Source: Stegostoma tigrinum (lineage: Eukaryota). From it: 64,000 nucleotides of DNA. Where the stretch lies: the NCBI RefSeq assembly GCF_030684315.1, contig NC_081375.1, positions 37,554,068-37,618,067 of the forward strand, given 5' to 3'. Made by a program: the position numbers and the translations under genes. Of this stretch, positions 23,531 to 36,269 are shown in pieces. The notes below the pieces were generated by a model that was not told the DNA's origin, did not search any database, and was given only the letters and a program-made list of their open reading frames with translations. Position 1 is the first letter of the stretch. Each line of letters opens with the position of its first letter.

Positions 23531-26500
23531 GTTGCTGTTGTTTCTGTACTAACCTACGCTTTCAACTTCAATGCAAGCAAAACACTTTTTGTTTTTCTAT
23601 CCTGCACACAGTTCCAATTACATATCTGTCTCATTCTTGCCGAGTGACATTGTCTGCTAGTTCTACAAAGTCTCTGATATAAAATTATAATCATCTTATT
23701 TAAAACCCATTCCTATCTTTTTGGTTTTATTTAATGCTATAACCTTTTTCAAGTACAAGCTTATCGACAAGGGGACATTGCAACTACTAGCTTCTTCCAA
23801 TTGGCTATGACTCAAGGCTCTCACGTATGTTATCAATGAGATCTGTTTTGTCAAGGGGCTCTCTTATGTTGTAATCTGCTGCTCTGTGTTTTCCTCATGG
23901 TTTTTTGTTCCAGTTTAATGGTGGCTTTGGTGAAAGTTCTGGCATGATTTGACTCAGAGTGTTGCACAATATGTCTATTCTCGAGGTGAAAATAATAATT
24001 AACTAATCATGGCCACTGATGTTTGATTTTTCAGTCTGTTCTTTTATCCTGTGGTTTTTATGCCACACTATGAGTTTGGGACTGGTCAAGGAGTTAGCAG
24101 AATCAAGGTCTGACTTCAGGCTTAGAGTCCACATAATGCTGCTTATTATAATTAATATTACTTACTGCCATACATGGTATTCCTAGATATACCATACTCC
24201 GATCTTATAGTTACATCAGGTGAGAATTAATCTATCTTCTATGCATGTTCATGCCATGAGGTGCCTTGCTGAGATTCTTCAATCTGAGATTCAAACTGGA
24301 CTTCAAACATTAACTCTGTTGCTGTCTTCAGATGTTACCTGGCCTGCTGAGTTTCCCTAGTATTTTTGTGTTTATCATTGATGTACCTGTTCATTATTTT
24401 GCAATGGATCCATGTTTCTGGGCTATATTTCTAGCTACACTTTTCCTATTCTGAGACTTGCATACATGGGATGAAGAGCGAATGGTGGAGCTAACACATA
24501 TCATGCCTATGGTGGTCAAGATAATTGTATCTATTGGAGGAAGTCATACATTGTATGTGAGTAAATTGTACTACCGATTCTGCTGTCTTGGGAGGATTGC
24601 TAGCTATTTGGATTTTCCTCTGACATTTAGAGTTGGGTGCAAGAATGTTTATTGCCTTTTTTTTTGCTTGAATCTTTCAAAATAAATTTGCTTGATTCAT
24701 GTTTTGAAATAACTCAGATTAAGAGGGATAAAATAAGCACCCAAAATATAACATTTCCAGCAAATGACTCATTGTGTAAAGTATGCGTGTGCGAACATCA
24801 AAATATGATTACAATTAGATTGTTCTGGCATCAAATACTTCCCATTGGCCACTGTCCACAAACAGAAATAAAGAATACCTCCTTGGACGAGCTATCACAG
24901 AGCTGCCGACTCCAGCAAAATGGAAGAGTCAGTATTTTTAGGAGAATTTTGGAAATGTAAGAAGGATATTATAATCACCTGAATTGCCACACTGCACCTC
25001 TGTCTACTGATATTTCTGAATCCTCTCAGCACTCTGTCAAGCAATGGACAATTAACATCTAACTTCCTAGCAATGTTGTAGTCGGTATTAATTCAAGCAT
25101 AATCCTTTGCAAATATCTCTATTATCACTAGAGAGCAATGTTGTGTAACATCATTGAGAGTTGTGCATCAATATCTACTCCAATGTGTGATTATTTTGCC
25201 CTTAACAAAAGGTCATTGAACAATATGTGGGGGCAGAGATGTTCTCCTTTTTGATTTCTTGTAGACAGAGAGCATGAAAACTATACTTGTGCACAAATGT
25301 GTGTGGGTATAGGCTTCAAAATATGTGGACATCTGATGGGAATAGAGTTATGCACAACAAACAAGACTAAGGAATCAATCAACTTGCAGAAGCAATTGAC
25401 TCATAAATCTATTGCCTGTTTACACTACATCTGCTTTATGCCACTGCCACTTCAGAATGCATAATCCAAGCATTTGATAATGGCAAGGTCATTATTTCAA
25501 TCAACTTTGGAAAGAGTCCACGTCCTGTTGCAACTATAAGGTCAATTTCAGCCTGCCTGAAAATTACAACATGGATCAACTGCTATTTGTTGAAGAAATC
25601 TTTCTCTTTCAACAAAACAAGAAAAATAAATGTCATCTGGTTTTGGAATGTTTTGCAGCATTATCTTTGAAGTTCATTTTGGACGTCTGCACTCCTTGAA
25701 CCCGATTTTTTGTCTATCCCCAATAGGTGTTAGCCTCGGCACTGATGCCCAAATTGGCTGTTATGCCTTTAGCGATCAAGGCCATAAGCTTTGCAATTCC
25801 ATCGTTAAATGTCTTGCTTTTCTACCTTGCTTTCCTCTTCTAAGAACAGGATTGATCTGAATATCTCTTCTTTTTACCTGGTGTAGCATTTTACTCACTA
25901 ACACTCTATGAAATATCTATATTACTGTGATAATGAAGCAGGATTAATGTTGCCAGATCACTCCATGCCTGGGTCTAATGGATGGAACATATGCGACATT
26001 CATCTTGTTAACTGGAACACAAAATTGCATTGGGTTTAACAGGGTTAATTACTTTGGAAAAGTCTGTGTATGCAACATCTGGGCACTTACAAGCAGCAAA
26101 CAGGGTTTAAAAGCCCCTGAGTTGGGTTAGAGAGGGGGACAGAGAGGAAGCAGAACTCGACTTCTTTCTCGGCATCTGACTTCCTTGTCCTCTACTGCAG
26201 AGAAAGCATATGCTTTAAACACATGCAGGATGAGCTTGTCATGTGGCCATCCCTCTCCAATTATGTAGTGACTCCAATGAAGTTTTTTCTCCTTGTAGAT
26301 CATTATCTTTGATGTGTAATTGCAGACAATCATCTCCATCTCACTGGAGGAAGTTGAGTGTGGAAGATACAGTGGCGCAAATTGTGTAGCCATCTTTCAC
26401 TCTGACTGTGCTCAAACTGCATCATAGACTTGGTTTTGAAATGTTCAATTTGATTTTTCCGTGTGTGCATTTTCAAATCATGATTCATTATCATTGACAA

Positions 26501-28259
26501 GTTATGGCACCGAAGAAGAGTAATCAGCCCATCATACTTGTACTGTCTCATTAAATGAGCATCATCGCTCAGTGCCAATATCTTGCTTTTCCCCATATCC
26601 TTATTATTATTTATATCCAAATAATCACACAATATCTTGTTGAATCTCAAAAAATTTTTTTCTTGACATTATACTTTTTCATTAGGTCTCCATGTCCTTA
26701 AGCTTCCTCTTTGTTTCCGATCAATCAATTTTGCTTATTTGTGCAAATTATTCCTTCAAACATCCATGATTTACTTCCTATAATGATCAGGCGAGGACGT
26801 GTGATTCTCTTTCTTTGTTTCTCCACTCATTGTCCGACAGTAACAGGTTTTTTAAAAAAAGCTGATTATCATTTTCAGGCTTTCATGTTTGAACTGTAAA
26901 GGATGAAAACAAACAATATGTAAATAATCAGAGACTGGGTATACCTTGATAGATGTCCCATTGCACTGACAGTATGGTAATTGCCCACGAAGTTTAAACT
27001 TACGATAGTCAATTCATTGGCGTCTACCAACTCTGACCTAAAATTGCAGACTTTAGAGGCTTCCAACTTATTTACCTTAATAGTAAACCAGGAAATGTTA
27101 AGGCGATTAAAACCTGCTCTAACCAATGACATATTAAAATATTAACTCACCAATCAGCCACACTGAACCTCTGGCCCAACAACATCCATCGCCTGATTAT
27201 CAAACTACTCGACTCTCACACTCCCCACTCACAGACACATCACTGCTCCCCTGACAGTGGGCTGCCCATCCCCAATACCCAGCAGCACCCTCTCCCAATT
27301 CCTGGCAACCAACTAATACCCACTTGACACCTGACCACTCCCACAACAACCCAATTCTGAATTCCCCAACCCGTTGATACCTGAAACCCTCTGGCACCTG
27401 ACCTAGCCTACCATCTCACTCTTGTATCTGCCATCCGTAACCCCTTATCCATCAGCCACCCTATCTACTCAGTCAACTTTAATTCTATCCCCTTGTCTAC
27501 CTGCTGCCTTATGAGCCTCACATACTTACCTGTAACCCAATATTTCTATCCATTCTGTTCTTGCCACTGTACCTCATTAAATGCTTGCCAACCTACTTAC
27601 TCATCCAACTACCATCCATGCTACCCTCTCTCAACCATCTACTGCATGCCCTACTCACTTACCCAGCTGATACTTTATGTTCTCACCCTTCTGCCTACCA
27701 CAATACTCCCTCACCTGCTTCCCTTACATACATACCTTTTCACCTTATCAAAGAGGCTATAGATCATTAAACCTGGGAATAAGTTAACTATTGAAATAAA
27801 ATGGGAACATGGTTTAGTCTCTGGCATTGATCTTGTGAGTTACTGGGCCCAGAAACACCGAAGTCTGGTCAAAGTTAGTAAAAAGGATTGGAGTGGTAAT
27901 CTAACTGTGATTGTTACTCCCTATTGTGCTTAATCTGTTCTAAATAAAATAATAAAAAGAACTTCAACTTTCATGCACATGCAATTCTGAAGATAATACA
28001 GACAAACACTAATAAATCACAGAATAGGAGGACATATTAAGCATGTTTTCATAGTCTAATATGGCTTAAAGATCTGTAGGTTTTGTAGATCGATAACTTA
28101 GATGATTTTGTGCTGAGCTTGATGGTCCCACTGGATTTGGCTTTGAGACAATTGAAATATAATTTATCTAATCTTATGGATTCAGCAGCAGCTGTGAAAG
28201 TTCTGCTATAGCAGGTGAATGCTCAAAGGACAGATAAGACGCAAACTTGCAATGAGTGA

Positions 28260-28297
28260 AGAGAGAGAGAGAGAGAGAGGGAGAGAAGAGAGAGAGG
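28260..28297 (+). repeat. (GA)n microsatellite
   Basis: agagagagagagagagagagggagagaagagagagag. Confidence 0.9.
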
Positions 28298-28746
28298 GTG
28301 GGTTACCCAGAGGTCCTGTTCCTTCCATTACTCTTAAAATTCTGTTTTTAAGAAAAGAAATTATCAGAAAAAAAAGTTAGCTGGCTTATCACACAATCCC
28401 TTCTCTCCAGCTGATCAGTTACTCCAAATATGGTCATGGCTGGTGGATTCATTTTGTGTGGTTTCAACATGATTTGATAATGGTTGCATAAATTCCATTC
28501 CCAGCCAGAGTTCATTGTTTGAAGTGTTTATATCTAATGCATTGTCCCCACTCAGGTGAATATACAAGATGCATGTCTGGATGCTTTGAGAATGAATTAG
28601 TAGACAATCCCATTTACACTCCTTCGAATTTATTGTTTTTGCTGAAACAAATTTGGTCCATTTTTTATAGCTCTGGAATATATAAGATAAAATCAAGCAA
28701 ATTTTCAGCCATTTAAGAAACTGCTGTCTCAAGTCACTGAAATGCA

Positions 28747-28790
28747 ATTTCAGTTTCTTAAAACTCGATTTCAGTTTCTTAAAACTCGAT
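28747..28790 (+). repeat. Perfect 21-bp tandem duplication
   Basis: atttcagtttcttaaaactcg repeated twice. Confidence 0.95.
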
Positions 28791-29469
28791 CGGTGTTTTT
28801 AAGCCAGTAAAAACATCAAGTTGTTTTTGACATAAAGTAGGGATTTATAACTTAGTGTTTTTTTTTAACTTTTATGCTAAACTAAACAGTTTCTGATTGA
28901 CCAATCAGTTTAAATTAGTTTAAATTTTAATTTGATAGATTTTTGATATTATAGGCGCTGTTTCCATTCTAAATTATTGTGAATGCTTGTGGGGTTTTGC
29001 ATAATATTAAATGGTAACCATTTTGGTTGTTTGTGGTGTAACATTATACTTACAACAGCAACTTGTGGTACGATATTTTTAGAATCCTGAAAGCACCTGT
29101 CAATTTTATTATATAATTTTAATAATATTTGCATATCATTATTAGAGAAAATTCTGTGTAACTTGAAGCATAAACATGGAAAATATTTACTCTGAATAAA
29201 ATGTAATGCATCATTCAAACTATTGAGTTAAATGAACGACCACAATAGTTAAGAATTCAAGTGATTTCACATTTTTAGTTTCTCTTCCCTTGAAAATGTA
29301 GCAAAATCATACAGTACATAAAAGTGATTTTCTACTGCCAGCAAATCACTAAAGTACTTTGTGAACCATTTTGTGGTCAATTCAGTTTAATTTAGAATTA
29401 TAATGTGCTGCAGCAATTTTAATCACAGAAAATCAGTAGAACATGGAGGGGGAAAAGAAAACACATATT

Positions 29470-31482
29470 GAACATAGAACATTGCAGCACAGCACAGGCC
29501 CTTCAGCCCTCGATGTTGTGCCGACCTGTCATGCTGATCTGAAGCTCATCTAACCTACACTATTCCATGTATGTCCATATGCTTATCCAATGACGACTTA
29601 AATGTACTTAAAGTTGGCGAATCTACTACCGTTGCAGGCAAAGCGTTCCATTCCCTTACTACTCTCTGAGTAAAGAAACTACCTCTGACATCTGTCCTAT
29701 GTCTTTCACCCCTCAATTTAAAGCTATGCCCCCTCGTGCTTGCCATCACCATCCTAGGAAAAAGGCTCTCCCTATCCACCCTATCTAACCCTCTGATTAT
29801 TTTATGTCTCAATTAAGTCACCTCTCAACCTTCTTCTCTCTAACGAAAACAGCCTCAAGTCCCTCAGCCTTTCCTTGTAAGACCTTCCCTCCATACCAGG
29901 CAACATCCTAGTAAATCTTCTCTGCACCCTTTCCAAAGCTTCCACATCCTTCTTATAATGCGGTGGCCAGAACTGTACGCAATACTCCAAATGCGGCCGC
30001 ACCAGAGTTTTGTACAGCTGCAGCATAACCTCTTGGTTCCGGAACTCGATCCATCTATTAATAAAAGCTAAAACGCGGTATGCATTCTTAACAGCCCTGT
30101 CAACCTGAGTGACAACTTTCAAGGATCTGTGTACATGGACACCGAGATTTCTCTGCTCATCTACACTACCAAGAATCTTACCATTAGCCCAGTACTTTGC
30201 CTTCTGGTTACTCCTACCAAAGTGCATCACCTCACACTTGTCTGCATTAAACTCCATTTGCCACCTCTCAGCCCAACTCTGCAGCTTATCTATGTCTCTC
30301 TGTAACCTACAGCATCCTTCATCACTATCCACAACTCCACCCACCTTAGTGTCGCCTGCAAATTTACTAACCCATCCTTCTATGCCCTCATCCAGGTCAT
30401 TTATAAAAATGACAAACAGCGGTGGACCCAACACCGACCCTTGCGGAACACCACTAGTAACTGGTCTCCGGGATGAACATTTCCCATCAACTACCACCCT
30501 CTGTCTTCTTTCAGCAAGCCAATTTCCGATCCAAACTGCTATATCTCCCACAATCCCATTCGTCCGCATTTTGTATAATAGCCTACTGTGGGGAACCTTA
30601 TCAAACGCCTTGCTGAAATCCATATACACCACATCAACCGGTTTACTCTCATCTACCTGTTTGGTCACCTTCTCAAAGAACTCAATAAGTTTTGTGAGAC
30701 ACAACCTTCCCTTCACAAAACCGTGCTGACTATCCCTAATCAATTTGTTCTTTTCTAGATGATTATAAATCCTATCCCTTATAACCTTTTCCAACACTTT
30801 ACCAACAACTGAGGTAAGGCTCACTGGTCTATAATTACCAGGGTTGTCTCTACTCCCCTTCTTGAACAGAGGAACCACATTTGCTATCCTCCAGTCATCT
30901 GGCACTATTCCTGTAGACAATGACGAGTTAAAGATCAATGCCAAAGACTCGGCAATCTCCTCCCTGGCTTCCCAGAGGATCCTAGGATAAATCCCATCCG
31001 GCCCAGGGGACTTATCTATCTTCACCCCCTGTAGGATTTCTAATATCTCTTCCTTGTGAACCTCAATTCCACCTATCTAGTAGCCTGTATCTCTGTATTC
31101 TCAACAACATTGTCGTTTTCTAGGGTGAATACTGTTGAAAAATATTCATTTTGTGCTTCCCCTATCTCCTCTGACTCCACACACAACTTCTCACTACTAT
31201 CCTTGATTGGCCCTAATCTTACTTTCATCATTCTTTTATTCCTTAAATACTTATAGAAAGCCTTAGGGCTTACCCTGATCCTATCCGCCAACAACTTCTC
31301 ATGTCTCCTCCTGGCTCTTCTGAGCTCTCTCTTTAGGTCTTTCCTGGCTACCTCATAGCCCTCAAGCGCCCTAACTGAGCCTTCACATCTCATCCTAACA
31401 TAAGCGTTCTTCTTCCTCTTGCCCAGAGATTCCACCTCCTTCGTAAACCACGGCTCCCGCGCTCTACAGTTTCCTCCCTGCC
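29470..31482 (-). mobile_element. Young 5'-truncated CR1 LINE with a nearly intact reverse transcriptase
   Basis: 407-aa ORF 29802..31025 with SPGPDGIYP, NYRPVSLTS, QHGF, YMDFSKAFDKVPH, GVPQGSVLGP and FAGD; frameshifted continuation in 29555..29812; 3' UTR with a short repeat tail. Confidence 0.97.
29802..31025 (-). pseudogene. CR1 ORF2 reverse transcriptase domain (no endonuclease; catalytic FADD changed to FAGD)
   Basis: ORF track translation. Confidence 0.9.
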
Positions 31483-31762
31483 TTAAAACACTTAAATGTC
31501 TGGTGAAGACTATTAACAATTGAAGGAAGTTATAGATAGTTTGATGCAATAATCCTGACTTTGGAAGTCATTGTGTAATAGCATAGTGTTGGAATGGGAG
31601 GATTAGCATTTGTGCGTTATACCCTGCAATCTTTTTAATATCATTTTATCCATCTCACATTGTAGAAATAACTGACCAGGCCATCAAAAAAAATCAGATA
31701 TTCATCACATTTGTTTCATCAAGCAAAGCAAAAGAAAGATTCCAATAACATTTGTGACATAT

Positions 31763-32200
31763 GTCAGCTGTGGCTCAGTTGGGAGCACTCTCGGATCTGA
31801 GTCACCAGGTTCTAGTTTCAAGACCCTCCAATACTTTTGAGTCTAAGTTGAGACCCCAGTGCAGTACTGAGGAAGTCCTCTCCTGAAGGAGATGTTGTCC
31901 TTTGCATGAGATGTTAAATTGAGGATCCCATCTACCTGCTTGGTTGGATAAAGAAGATTCCATGTTCCAAAGACAAGCAGGGGTGTTACCCCTGGAATCC
32001 ACGCAAAAAATGCATATCTCAATCGGCATCACAATAAACATGCTATCAGATCATTATCACATTGTTTTTGTAGAAGTTGTTTTGTGCACATTGACTGCTG
32101 TACATTACAAACTTCACTATGCCTCAAAGTACTTTATAGCTGCAAGTTGCTTTGAAATGTGCAGTATTGAAAATACTGCATAAATGTAAATCTTTCTCTT
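31763..32200 (+). mobile_element. tRNA-headed Deu-domain SINE (SacSINE1/AmnSINE-like), degraded
   Basis: A-box tggctcagttgg, B-box-like gtttcaagacc, core cagtgcagtactgagg...atgagatgttaaa.tgagg, and a 3' taaatgtaaatctttc end. Confidence 0.6.
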
Positions 32201-34798
32201 TTATTGGCATTTATACATTCAAATGCAAAAACACGTCAGTCAACGGTGATATAATAAATAGTGCATTTCTATAGCACCTTTCATGGCCCCAGGACATAGG
32301 AAAAGCATACTGCAGCCAATTAATTGCTCTTTGAATTGTGGACAATTTTGTAATGATGTAATCAGTACACACACAAATATGCTCCCACATACAGTAATCT
32401 AATAATGATCAGATCATTCAGTTTTGTTGATTAATAAATGAAGAAATATCAGTCAGGACATGGGTGATGATTGTACTGCTCTTCTTCAAAGTCCACTGGA
32501 GTCGGTAAGCAAATGCCTCATCTTCAAAAATGAAGCTCTTCATCAGTAGTGCATGACAGTGTCAGTTAAGATTACTGAGCCCAAATCCATAGGTGGATCT
32601 TGAACTCATAACCTCTCAGAGGCTTTTACCGCCAACAATACATAACAGCTTTCATAAGATAACTGACGTTTAAAGCTAGGCATCACCTTTCCCTTCCTTA
32701 AACCTTAAATAAAGTGATAATTTACATTTGACAAGGTTTAACAAAAATCAGCAGCAACCGTTGGACTTATTCAAAGCATGTAGCCAAGCAGCAGAAGAAA
32801 TATAAATAAATCAAGAACCTCTGTGACATTTTAATGTAGACTGTCATCGTTCAATTCATAAGATTCAGGGAGTGAAAATTAAAGAGGGTTACATAACCAT
32901 TCAGTGTATTTATAAGAAGAGTGTTATGCACATAGGAAATCTGACAGCATGAAAGAATTGAAATAGATTTTAACTAGCAGAATATCCTGGTTTTGTAACT
33001 GCAACATCAATAAGGCTAATTTGCTGGATAGTGGGACTCAGGAATAAACTTTCACTATTTCGATAAAGTTAATTAATAAACAATGATAAATTGCACGTTT
33101 AAGATGCGATGTAAAAACCAGAACTAAGTACTGTCACACCTATGAAACAGGAAACAAAAAACGTGGTTGAAGAATTTGTATCTAACTTATTTAACAGAAA
33201 GGCTAAAGCAAACAGTAACTCTTCTCACATGGAGGATGCAGTAAATACATGCACCTTTAAGCTAAGGAGAAATACTAACCAGGGTAAAAAAAGCTAAGAA
33301 TACTCCAGATTGTACAAAACTAAAGCCCCTCCAGTTATTGCTTAATAATTGCACGGTGACAGCTCAGTCTGTGCCTTGACAGATTTCAAGTTTATTATGT
33401 TGATAGTTTGACAGTAAGAGTACTACAATTTACTTTAGCATAGGCCAAAGAAAGAAATATTAAAGTATAATTATCATTTTCATTCAGTGGAAAGAGTGTG
33501 CCTGTATATTTGTGTGTGAGTGTGAATGTTGATGTTGAGCGAGGACAGGACTGGGTGAAGTTGCAATAACCTCATGTTGAACAGCATACTTATTATTGTG
33601 TGTGTGGGAGAGAGGGCGGGACTGGGTTGTAGTGTGATGCTCCCAAGTTGATCAACATGCTAGTATGCACAGTAATAAACAGACATATGAAAGAACAGAA
33701 TGAGCACTATTTCATCTGCTGAACTAGATTTTCCACCTATTAATACACAAAAATACTTTCTCACATAAATGATTTTGTCCTTTGCATAATGATATTGCTA
33801 TTGCAGGGCATTATTTACAGTGACTTTTTATATTTTTATATGCTAATATAATATAAACTACTCTTTCAGATGTGGCTGTGCCATAAACTATTTATTAGAT
33901 GTGATTGTGATGAATGGCTTACAGTAATCACTTCCAAACGTTCTCACATCAGATTTTTTTGATGGGCTATAATGTTGAAATATAAAATAAAACAAGTTAA
34001 TTAAAATATCATTTTAAATATCATATACTCTAAAATTGATTACTACATAGGGAGTTAAGCAAAAATAGTTGGCTACAGTATGAGGTTTCCATATCTGCTT
34101 CATTATCACTCCAACAGAAAAATTGGTGAGATAATTGATATTTGATATTGATTTTAATAGTATTTCGCCCACTATAATTTTCTTTACTTTCGACATTTTA
34201 TCTCACATTGTGAAAATCAATACATTCCAAAGCACGAATTCTGACAAATATACTGCCAGTAATGTTACTTCCGCTGTTGAAATTGGCCGTGCTGTGGGGA
34301 TAGTAAGTGGCTTATCTTGGATTGTTGCAGGACTTACTAATTAACATCTAAGGCAAAGGAAGCAATGGAGACGTGATATGAAATTGAAAGAGGAATTGCT
34401 ATAAGAAATATTTCTGTGATTTTTTTGTACATGCCCCTGATAGAATTATGTTTTTTTAAGATGAGAAAAGCTTTTTACTTGTAAAGGAATAAAATACAGG
34501 GTTGTGAGGGGAGAATGTAAGGTGTAGCTGGTTTGACAATTGCTTATTCAGAGCTGGTGTAGACAGGCCAGATCGAAAAGCAGCCTTCTGAGATGTAAGA
34601 ATTCTACGAATCTGTGAATTGTAAACTACCACACACATACTTCAGTGATTTTTTTAAAAAAGTACTGATTTTAAATGTTTCGATCTAACGCAATATTCTG
34701 GACCTCTGTGAAATGTGAAAATGGACTGCGGATCCCACCAGAAGGTGATGTAATGGCGTGCGTGAGATTTGAGCCATGTCTCCACACACCTCATTTTG

Positions 34799-34808
34799 CC
34801 TTATATGG
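34799..34808. promoter_or_regulatory. Consensus CArG box (SRF site)
   Basis: CCTTATATGG, ~1.3 kb upstream of the myh10 promoter core. Confidence 0.5.
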
Positions 34809-35689
34809 CCAGTGAATAGCCTCTCACAGTCTCCCGGTCCAAGTCAATGGAACAGATGTTGGACGTTAGTGATAAGCGCCAATTAAAATTGCAAGACGTT
34901 ACTGATGCCTGCAGCGAAATAGCTTGATGAATGAGTCGTACGTCGTACTCCTGACTGAAAACAAATTCAAAAGAAGCATGCCACACACGCAAAAAAAAAT
35001 TTTCATATTTTCCTGTTTAAACAAAACAAAGGGGGGTTCAGTTCTTTAGATGCTCTCGATCATATTACATCTTTTATAAAAAGAAATTGAATCAAGGGAC
35101 GTGGGTGTCACTGGCTGGACCAGCAGTTATCGCCTGTCCCTAGTTGCCCTTCAGAAAGAGGTAGTGAGCTGCGGAGAACTATGTATGTGGAGTCGTTTAA
35201 AAAGTCAACTCTGACCGTTGGAATATTTAGTTTCCAAGAGTCTTTCACAACATACGAGCTCAATTTAATTGCCATTAAAAAGTCAGAAATAATTGTTGGC
35301 CTTAAATTATCCGCATTGCTGTGAATTCCTGCAAGTGCAACCGTTGCTGTAAATCTCAAACTCGTCAGTAACGCAGGTTAACAGCGTTCCTGCCTGCCAG
35401 CAACATTGAGGAGTTAGGTCCTCCTCTGATATTTAGTAAGTTGGATGTAAAGCAATTGTTTGAAGGACACAATAGCAAGGCAGAGGTTGTTTGTTCTGCT
35501 GCTTCTGGCACTGGACGGCGCTGCAAAGCCAGGATTGTTTGCAGCATGATGTCATCCCCTTTCTGGGCACGGTTCACCAAATCCTTTCTCTCCCACCGCC
35601 CAAACCCCTAACATCAGGGGCTGCAGCAGGCTCACACCCTACGCGCTGGCAAATACGTGCTTTTTCAAACGATCGTTCCTCACAAGTGG

Positions 35690-36070
35690 AGCGGAAGAGG
35701 GAGGAAGCACTCACAATTTATTTTAATAACCCGCTCACACGCACGGCCCCCACGTTCCCAGTATCCCACCACCCCCACGCCCACAACCACAACCACAATC
35801 TGGCTCAGCAGCGGAAGTTTCCGGGAAACTCTGCGGTTAACGTGAGAATGAACCAATCTGGATTTTTATAGCGTCTTAAATCTCCCAGGAGATTAGATGA
35901 TTGACAGCTCAAGAGAGCAATGGGATTGGGCCGCTGTCACCCAGCGGAAGCCACCCTGGGCCCACCCCATGATTGACAAGCGGATTGACCGATTGGAGAG
36001 GGGAACAAGTGGGGGCTCTTATGAATGAGGCACCAATCAGCAGAGTGAGGGGGCGGGGTTCGCGTTCAAC
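35690..36070. promoter_or_regulatory. CpG-enriched promoter of myh10, possibly bidirectional
   Basis: Local CpG enrichment; CCAAT/ATTGG at 35853, 35925, 35992 and 36033; GC box 36050-36058; ETS CGGAAGT 35812; PBX-PREP/MEIS TGATTGACAG 35898-35907 and TGATTGACAA 35970; - strand TATAAAAA 35870-35863. Confidence 0.8.
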
Positions 36071-36079
36071 AGTAGAGGT

Positions 36080-36269
36080 TGAGGTGGCGTTGTCGGTCCT
36101 CCCTCTTTATTTGGGAGTTAGTGCGCTCAAAGTACAGCTTGTTTGGTGGGGGTGCGGAAAAATAAAAATTACCGTAAGAGGGGACGAAAGGGACATTGTT
36201 TGGATTCCGTCGAGTTTGTTCCCAAAGAAGATTCTCGCGGTTGTAGAGGTGCTTTATTCTCAGCGAGAG
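36080..36269 (+). other. myh10: Probable non-coding exon 1 of myh10 (start approximate; donor ambiguous)
   Basis: Directly downstream of the promoter; candidate donors ACC|GTAAGA (36173), GAG|GTGAGG (36269) and TGG|GTGAGG (36395). Vertebrate MYH10 has a non-coding first exon. Confidence 0.5.

Noticed and set aside
26127-26650. Overlapping short ORFs in a non-repeat region
   Set aside because: No recognisable domain or convincing splice signals.
27140-27760. C-rich, strand-skewed stretch with short ORFs
   Set aside because: Low complexity or decayed repeat; no clear periodicity or coding signal.
30109-30729. 206-aa + strand ORF
   Set aside because: Antisense shadow of the CR1 RT.
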